Source: an uncultured Bacteroidia bacterium (lineage in GTDB: Bacteria; Bacteroidota; Bacteroidia; Palsa-948). From it: 64,000 nt of DNA. The DNA is taken from positions 13,250 through 77,249 of the forward strand of contig CAYZTB010000006.1 of NCBI GenBank assembly GCA_964481195.1, in the 5' to 3' direction. Position 1 is the stretch's first letter, and each line of letters opens with the position of its first letter. The notes under the pieces are model-generated. The model searched no databases, was not told the DNA's origin, and saw only the letters and a program-made list of their open reading frames with translations. The translations under genes and the position numbers were made by a program. Of the stretch, positions 58,247 through 64,000 are shown one piece after another.

Positions 58247-59532
58247 TTCTCTTCTTTTATTTCAAAGCCCATGGCTTTTAAATCATTCCAGTAATCTGGG
58301 TATGATTTTTTTACCACAGTTGGACTTTCGATTTTCACTTCGGGGTATAACAAAGCAAGTGGAGCAAATGCCATTGCCATTCGATGATCGTGGTAGGTGC
58401 TAAATTGAAGGTCTGGTTCAAAAATATTGCTTGAGTCTTTTTTGATTTCACTAAATGAAATAGCAAGACTATTTTTTACACTATCGTCTGCTGTAATTCC
58501 GATTTTTTTCAATTCTGTTTTAAGGGCTTTTACTCGGTCAGTCTCCTTCATATATAAAGTATGGAGTCCATTAAGTTGCATAGGTATTTTTAACCCGGAA
58601 GCAACAACAGCAACTGTTTGCGCTATGTCTGGATATTCTGTAAAGTCAAAATCAAATGCTTCGGGCTTGTAGTTCGTTTTAGAAAGCGTTATACCCTCTT
58701 CTGTAAATACTGTTCGAACACCAAAGAACTCAAACAAATTTGCTACAACCGAATCTCCTTGAATAGATTTTCTTCTCAGCCCTTTTATTTTTAAATCAAC
58801 TTCTTCGGATAGTGCGGCTATTTCGTACCAATAGGAGGCGGAACTCCAGTCTGACTCAATGTGGTAGTCCCATCCCTGATATTCTTGTTTAGGCACAGCA
58901 ATAATGTTATTTACCCAGGTATAAGTAATGCCAAAGTGTTCAAGCACTTTCATGGTCATTAATATATACGAGCGAGAAGCAGTTTTTCCTTTTAAATGAA
59001 TATTTAATCCATTTTCAAGTGTCGGTGCAATTAGTAAAAGTGCTGTGATGAATTGACTACTTACTCCAGCATCCATTTCGATATCGCCACCATTTAATTT
59101 AGCTCCTTCTATTTTAATTGGGGTAAAGCCCTCCTTATTTAAATAAGTAATTTTTGCGCCTAACTGAATTAAAGCATCAACCAATGGTTTTATTGGACGT
59201 TCATTCATTCTATCCGAGCCTGTTAGAATTCGAGTTCCTTCTCGAGATGCAAAAAAAGCAGTAAGAAATCGAATAGTAGTGCCTCCGTGGCCGGTATAGT
59301 AGCTAACCTCAACCTCTAACTTTTTAAAAGTGCTGGCGTGGTCTCCGGAAGTTTCGTTTTTTAATATTTCAGCTAGAATCTGAGTATCCATTGAATCGGC
59401 TAAGTTGTGAGCGCGAAAATGTTGACTACTCAATGCTTGGATTAATAGCACTCTGTTGCTCACACTTTTTGAAGAAGTGAGATACACAGTACCTTTAAGC
59501 TTTTTGTCTGATTTTGTGATTTTATATACCAC
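58240..59532 (-). CDS. aroA: 3-phosphoshikimate 1-carboxyvinyltransferase (EPSP synthase)
   Basis: 430 aa. LTSSKSVSNRVLLIQALS, GGTTIRFL and DHRMAMAFA are EPSPS conserved segments. Confidence 0.9.
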   Translation of the reverse strand: MVYKITKSDKKLKGTVYLTSSKSVSNRVLLIQALSSQHFRAHNLADSMDTQILAEILKNETSGDHASTFKKLEVEVSYYTGHGGTTIRFLTAFFASREGTRILTGSDRMNERPIKPLVDALIQLGAKITYLNKEGFTPIKIEGAKLNGGDIEMDAGVSSQFITALLLIAPTLENGLNIHLKGKTASRSYILMTMKVLEHFGITYTWVNNIIAVPKQEYQGWDYHIESDWSSASYWYEIAALSEEVDLKIKGLRRKSIQGDSVVANLFEFFGVRTVFTEEGITLSKTNYKPEAFDFDFTEYPDIAQTVAVVASGLKIPMQLNGLHTLYMKETDRVKALKTELKKIGITADDSVKNSLAISFSEIKKDSSNIFEPDLQFSTYHDHRMAMAFAPLALLYPEVKIESPTVVKKSYPDYWNDLKAMGFEIKEENQ

Positions 59533-59599
59533 GAATCGTTGTTATATTACTTATTGCGAATCTACTAACTTTTTTCTCTTGTTTAAATACAGTTTCAAA

Positions 59600-60691
59600 T
59601 CAGTTGCAAATTTCATTATAATAGTTTATTGATTCTTCAATCAAATCTGCTGAGCAAGTATTATTGATATTTGCTTTCCCAATTTTACTTATTAATGTGA
59701 AATTTATTTCTGCATTTATATTCTTTTTATCCTGTTTCATGAAATTTAAAAGCGATTTCAAATTTGTAGTTATAGGATTTGGTTTAAAGGTAGTTTTAAT
59801 ATAAGCTGAAATAGATTCTAACTCTTCTGTAGATAAGCCACAACATTTTCTGGATAAATAGGACTCGCAAATCATGCCAATGGCAATTGCTTCCCCATGC
59901 AATAATTTCTTTTTGGTTTTTAAAGAAGTAGATTCAACAGCATGGCCAATGGTATGTCCAAAGTTCAAGGCTTTGCGAATGTTTTTTTCTCGAGGGTCTT
60001 CTAATACAATTTTATTTTTTATGGATATTGATTTCGTAATTATATCTTCTAGTAAAGCAGCTTGTACATTTTTTTTAGAAAATAAGTCAGAAGCTTTATT
60101 CGATAATATTAACTCCCAATATTTTTTATCTGATATTAGTCCATGCTTAATTATTTCAGAAAAACCTGAGAGTAGTTCTCTTTGTGGAAGAGTTTTAAGG
60201 AAATTAGGCATCACAAAGACAGCTTTAGGGAAAGTGAACGTGCCTATTTGATTTTTGAAATTCAAGAAATCTATCCCTGTCTTACCTCCAACTGAAGCAT
60301 CCACCTGAGAAAGTAGAGTAGTGGGGATATTGATAAAGTCAACACCTCTTTTATAGGTTGCCGCAGCAAATGCTCCTAGGTCAGTTATTACACCACCTCC
60401 TAAATTAATTATCAGTGTATTTCTATCTGCATTGTCTTTTGAAAGAGTTTTCCATATTTTCTCACAAGTAGAAAGTGTTTTGTTTTTTTCTCCACTTTTA
60501 ACTTGAATAATTGAAAAGATTGAGGGGGCAATTATTGCTTTTCGTAATGCTTGCAGACAGTATCTTTTGGAATTTTCATCAACTAAAATATAGATGTTTG
60601 AATAGTTAGATAGATATTTATCTAGTTCTTGTGATGCATCGTTTCCAATGTAAACAATATAGGTTCCTGCATTAATGGTTTTCATCATCAC
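59600..60691 (-). CDS. aroB: 3-dehydroquinate synthase
   Basis: 363 aa. GGGVITDLGAFAAATYKRGVDFINIPTTLLSQVDASVGGKTGI and the HTIGHAVE metal-binding motif. Confidence 0.9.
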   Translation of the reverse strand: MMMKTINAGTYIVYIGNDASQELDKYLSNYSNIYILVDENSKRYCLQALRKAIIAPSIFSIIQVKSGEKNKTLSTCEKIWKTLSKDNADRNTLIINLGGGVITDLGAFAAATYKRGVDFINIPTTLLSQVDASVGGKTGIDFLNFKNQIGTFTFPKAVFVMPNFLKTLPQRELLSGFSEIIKHGLISDKKYWELILSNKASDLFSKKNVQAALLEDIITKSISIKNKIVLEDPREKNIRKALNFGHTIGHAVESTSLKTKKKLLHGEAIAIGMICESYLSRKCCGLSTEELESISAYIKTTFKPNPITTNLKSLLNFMKQDKKNINAEINFTLISKIGKANINNTCSADLIEESINYYNEICN

Positions 60692-60695
60692 AAAT

Positions 60696-61787
60696 TTAGG
60701 ATTTCCCTTTGGACATCACTTGTTTTTGATGGTGAATAGATTCTTGGTGAATACTGTCAAAAATCTTCTTTATAAATTCTTCGGTCAGTTGTTTTTCGCT
60801 CCCTTGTTTAGTTCTTTTCTCAATGATTTCGTTCCAGCGCACATTTTGTAAAATCGTTACTCCATTTTGTTTTTTGTATTCTCCAATAGTTCTGGCAACT
60901 TCCATTCTGTTTGCTAGTAATGCTATCAGATTATTATCCAGCTCATCAATTCGGTCCCTGCAATCTTCTAATGTGCTTATGAATTTCCTGTCTTCCACAG
61001 AGGATAGTCGTACTACAATTCTATCAATAATATCATCTAATTGCGCTGGTGTTATTTGTTGTTTTGCATCGCTTAGTGCAACAGTAGGGTTGTTGTGTGT
61101 TTCAATCATTAGTCCTTCGTAGTCTAGGTCAATAGCAGTTTGCGAAACAGGAAAAATCAACTCTGTATTTCCGCAAATATGGCTTGGGTCGCAAATCATT
61201 GGAATGCCTGGCATTCTTCTTTTTAATTCAATGGGCAACTCCCACATGGGTTTGTTTCTGTATTGAGATTTATCGTTTGAAGAGAATCCTCTATGAATAG
61301 CAGCAATTTTTGTGATGCCAGCTTTTTGAATTCGCTCTATGGCGCCAATCCAAAGCTCTAAATCAGCATTAACAGGATTTTTAACAAGTACGGGAACATC
61401 TACGCCCCTTAACGCATCTGCAATTTCTTGTACGCTAAATGGGTTAACAGTAGTTCTTGCTCCAATCCATAAAAAATCTACACCCATGCGTAGTGCTTCA
61501 TAAACGTGTTTTACATTAGCTACTTCTACTGCTGTTGGAAGTCCGGTTTCAGCTTTTGCTTTTTTTAACCACTCTAACCCAATAGATCCTATTCCTTCAA
61601 ATTGACCTGGGCGAGTGCGAGGTTTCCAAATTCCTGCTCTTAAAATGCTTACACGTTTAGTGGCTGCAATTTCTCTTGCTGTGGTTAATACTTGTTCTTC
61701 CGATTCTGCACTACAAGGTCCTGCTATTACAAGCGGACTTGATAAAGTGAGACCAAGTACATTTCTGATTTTACTAGTTGCTTCCAT
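60696..61787 (-). CDS. Bifunctional 3-deoxy-7-phosphoheptulonate (DAHP) synthase / chorismate mutase
   Basis: 363 aa. The N-terminal roughly 270 aa are a KDO8PS-like DAHP synthase (PLVIAGPCSAES..., HRGFS). The C-terminal roughly 90 aa are a type II chorismate mutase (RIDELDNNLIALLANRMEVARTIGEYKKQNG). Confidence 0.85.
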   Translation of the reverse strand: MEATSKIRNVLGLTLSSPLVIAGPCSAESEEQVLTTAREIAATKRVSILRAGIWKPRTRPGQFEGIGSIGLEWLKKAKAETGLPTAVEVANVKHVYEALRMGVDFLWIGARTTVNPFSVQEIADALRGVDVPVLVKNPVNADLELWIGAIERIQKAGITKIAAIHRGFSSNDKSQYRNKPMWELPIELKRRMPGIPMICDPSHICGNTELIFPVSQTAIDLDYEGLMIETHNNPTVALSDAKQQITPAQLDDIIDRIVVRLSSVEDRKFISTLEDCRDRIDELDNNLIALLANRMEVARTIGEYKKQNGVTILQNVRWNEIIEKRTKQGSEKQLTEEFIKKIFDSIHQESIHHQKQVMSKGKS

Positions 61788-61793
61788 TTTTTT

Positions 61794-62630
61794 TTATTTT
61801 AATATTTTTCTTATTGCGTTTGCTTGCACCATTGCTTGATGAGTTCCTTTTGTGTTTTTTTTATCTATATCTTTTTTAAATTTTGTTAAATGTTTGATGT
61901 AAGTACCTAATGCTTTTGAAACATACTTTGAGTTTTGATCAAAGATGGGTGCCCACATAGCTGGGGAGCTTTTGGCTAAACGTACGGTAGACTCAAAACC
62001 AGATCCTGCGAGATCAAAAATGGTAGAAGTATTTTTTTCCATTTCCAATACTGTAGTGGCTAGAGCAAATGAGGAAATATGAGAGATATGTGATACGTAA
62101 GCAACGTGCTTATCGTGCTCATCGGCTTTCATAAAAAGTAGTTTGGCATTCAAAGTTTCATATAACTCTGATACACGTTCCACCACCCAGAGTGCGCTAT
62201 CGTCAACACAAAGAATACATGGTTTATTGTCAAATAAATTATGAATGGCTGCTTTTGGACCTGAGTTTTCTGTACCTGCAATAGGATGTGTGCCTACAAA
62301 CTGTTTTCTACGAGGGTGCTTTTTAATTGCTTTACAAATAGTATTTTTAGTGGAACCAGTGTCCATCACAATGTTGTTATCTCCAATTAAATCTAATATC
62401 TGAGGCAGCAATTTTGAAGATACAGATACTGGTGTTGCCAAAATAATAAGTTCTGAATCTAAGGAGTCCTTCAGTTCTTTAATCTCATCTGCAATGCCTC
62501 TTTCTAATGCAGATTTGCAATGTTCTTCGTTGCTATCAACGCCAATTACATGAGTGCAGTATTTACGCGCTTTTAAATCCAGCGCCATCGATCCTCCAAT
62601 AAGTCCAAGTCCAATTATTGTAATAGTCAT
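61794..62630 (-). CDS. tyrA: Prephenate dehydrogenase
   Basis: 278 aa. NAD-binding ITIIGLGLIGGSMALDL and HPIAGTE motif. Confidence 0.85.
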   Translation of the reverse strand: MTITIIGLGLIGGSMALDLKARKYCTHVIGVDSNEEHCKSALERGIADEIKELKDSLDSELIILATPVSVSSKLLPQILDLIGDNNIVMDTGSTKNTICKAIKKHPRRKQFVGTHPIAGTENSGPKAAIHNLFDNKPCILCVDDSALWVVERVSELYETLNAKLLFMKADEHDKHVAYVSHISHISSFALATTVLEMEKNTSTIFDLAGSGFESTVRLAKSSPAMWAPIFDQNSKYVSKALGTYIKHLTKFKKDIDKKNTKGTHQAMVQANAIRKILK

Positions 62631-62637
62631 TTTGCAA

Positions 62638-63858
62638 TTAGGTTAATTCAACTTCTTTTAGTTTCTGAAATTTGGACTTACTTTTTTGTACATATTTTTT
62701 TACTCGTCTTATCGCTTTGTCAAAAGCGGCAAGGTCTGTGCAAAGTGATACTCTCACATATCCTTCTCCATTTTTCCCAAAAATAAATCCGGGTGTTATA
62801 AAGACTTGTGCATTTAATAATAGACTCTCTACAAATGCTTCGGAATTAATTTTTGAATTATTAATTTTAGCCCAAACAAACAAACCTACTTGCTGGGTGG
62901 AGTAATCGCACTTTAATATATCTAAAAGCTCCCAAGCCTTTTCCCTTCTTCTTTTATACTCTTCATTTCTTTTGCTGTGCCAAGAAGATAAGTTTTGTAA
63001 AGCTTCAGCAGCTGCTGCTTGTATTGGAAGAAACATGCCAGAGTCTACATTGCTTTTTACTTTAAGAATAGTGTTTATATATTCTTTCTTTCCAGCTATC
63101 CATCCAACTCTCCATCCAGCCATGTTGTGAGATTTACTAAGTGAATTTAGTTCGATAGCAACATCTTTTGCTCCAGCATAACTTAATATGCTCTTTGGTT
63201 TATCAACGTTTAGCACCAGACTGTAAGGATTATCGTGACAAATAAGAACTTTGTGTTTTTTAGCAAAAGCAATTAGCGTGTTAAAGCATTCGTCAGTTGC
63301 TTCAGCACCCGTTGGCATGTTGGGATAGTTCAGCCAAATGATTTTTATTTTTGATTTATTCTTAGACACCTTAAGTTCGAGTTCCTTTAAATCGGGCATC
63401 CAATTATTTTTTTCTTTCAAATTGAAGAGAATCATTTCTGCTCCTGCCATTTTAGAAACTGATGTATAAGTTGGGTATCCTGGATCAGGAATTAGAACTT
63501 TATCTCCAGCATTTAAAAAAGCCAATGATATATGAGTGATGCCTTCTTTAGATCCAAGCAACGGCAATATTTCTTCTTCGCTATTTAGTTTTACGCTATA
63601 CGTTTCATTGTAAAAATTTGAAATTGCATTTCGTAACTCTATGGTACCTCTGTAAGACTGGTATCCATGATTTTTGGGATTCTTTGCAGCACTAATAAGG
63701 GCATTCACTGTGTTTTCGGATGGGTACATATCGGGGCTTCCAATTCCGAGGTTAATAATATTATTGCCTTTTGCATTTAAATCACGGATTTGCTGCAACT
63801 TTTGTGAGAAGTAATACTCCTGCACATTGTTTAATCTTTTTGCTTGTTTAATTATCAT
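62638..63858 (-). CDS. Class I/II pyridoxal-phosphate-dependent aminotransferase (aromatic / LL-DAP-type), in the aro cluster
   Basis: 406 aa with the conserved PLP-Lys region SLSKSHNMAGWRVGW and NPNNPTG-like NYPNMPTG. Confidence 0.8.
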   Translation of the reverse strand: MIIKQAKRLNNVQEYYFSQKLQQIRDLNAKGNNIINLGIGSPDMYPSENTVNALISAAKNPKNHGYQSYRGTIELRNAISNFYNETYSVKLNSEEEILPLLGSKEGITHISLAFLNAGDKVLIPDPGYPTYTSVSKMAGAEMILFNLKEKNNWMPDLKELELKVSKNKSKIKIIWLNYPNMPTGAEATDECFNTLIAFAKKHKVLICHDNPYSLVLNVDKPKSILSYAGAKDVAIELNSLSKSHNMAGWRVGWIAGKKEYINTILKVKSNVDSGMFLPIQAAAAEALQNLSSWHSKRNEEYKRRREKAWELLDILKCDYSTQQVGLFVWAKINNSKINSEAFVESLLLNAQVFITPGFIFGKNGEGYVRVSLCTDLAAFDKAIRRVKKYVQKSKSKFQKLKEVELT

Positions 63859-63868
63859 GTTGGCAATT

Positions 63869-64000
63869 TTATTCTGCGCTTAACAGAGCAGAAGAGAGTT
63901 CAATAATTTTTTCTCCTTTAATATATTCTCCCAGAATTTTAATTTCACTTAATGATGGTTTTATTGCATTTAAAGCATTTTGGTAATTGCTGTAGTTTTC
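63869..64000 (-). CDS. pheA: Prephenate dehydratase, C-terminal (ACT domain) fragment; gene continues beyond the window end
   Basis: Reverse translation reads ...ENYSNYQNALNAIKPSLSEIKILGEYIKGEKIIELSSALLSAE-stop. The KILGxY ending is typical of the PheA ACT domain. Position immediately upstream of the aminotransferase and tyrA fits the usual Bacteroidota aro cluster. Confidence 0.55.
   Translation of the reverse strand, partial: ENYSNYQNALNAIKPSLSEIKILGEYIKGEKIIELSSALLSAE

Overview
This 64 kb window reads as low-GC (roughly one-third G+C), gene-dense chromosomal DNA from a Bacteroidota bacterium (Flavobacteriia/Sphingobacteriia-like). The lineage call rests on T9SS C-terminal sorting domains, a PorV/PorQ-like outer-membrane protein, a DUF5686/CarboxypepD_reg protein, and LOG-family and GH3-family genes. 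About 50 protein-coding genes fill nearly the whole window, and almost all are core housekeeping genes.

The main recognisable genes are:
- a shikimate/aromatic amino-acid cluster: aroA, aroB, a fused DAHP synthase-chorismate mutase, tyrA, an aminotransferase and a pheA fragment;
- DNA repair and maintenance: uvrA, mutS;
- translation: hisS, ettA, a second ABC-F ATPase, hpf;
- envelope and cofactor genes: lptB, tatC, sppA, nadK, pdxJ, folK;
- an OmpR-type two-component system divergent from a ClC channel;
- several cation and amino-acid transporters.

I found no rRNA or tRNA genes, no CRISPR array, and no transposase, integrase or other mobile element. I see no compelling, clearly novel multi-gene system.

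The accessory-looking parts are three clusters of hypothetical genes and several short non-coding sequence features. The clusters are:
- 8150-10340, beside a GNAT-nitrilase fusion;
- 35937-41342: a 711 aa protein with an N-terminal helix-hairpin-helix (HhH) domain (HhH protein below), a HAD-like protein, an ABC-F ATPase and a PorV/PorQ-like protein;
- the lipoprotein plus DUF4159 pair at 22818-24607.
The short non-coding sequence features are:
- a 25 bp perfect palindrome in the two-component-system/ClC divergent promoter region;
- tandem 20 bp direct repeats in the ettA leader;
- paired AT-rich palindromes between pdxJ and a CBS gene;
- an in-frame GC-rich double hairpin inside mutS;
- near-identical intragenic repeats in a Kelch-like T9SS cargo gene;
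- a clean bidirectional terminator at 53906-53927.
All functional calls come from reading motifs by eye in the supplied translations. No database search was run, so family names above motif level are recollection-based.
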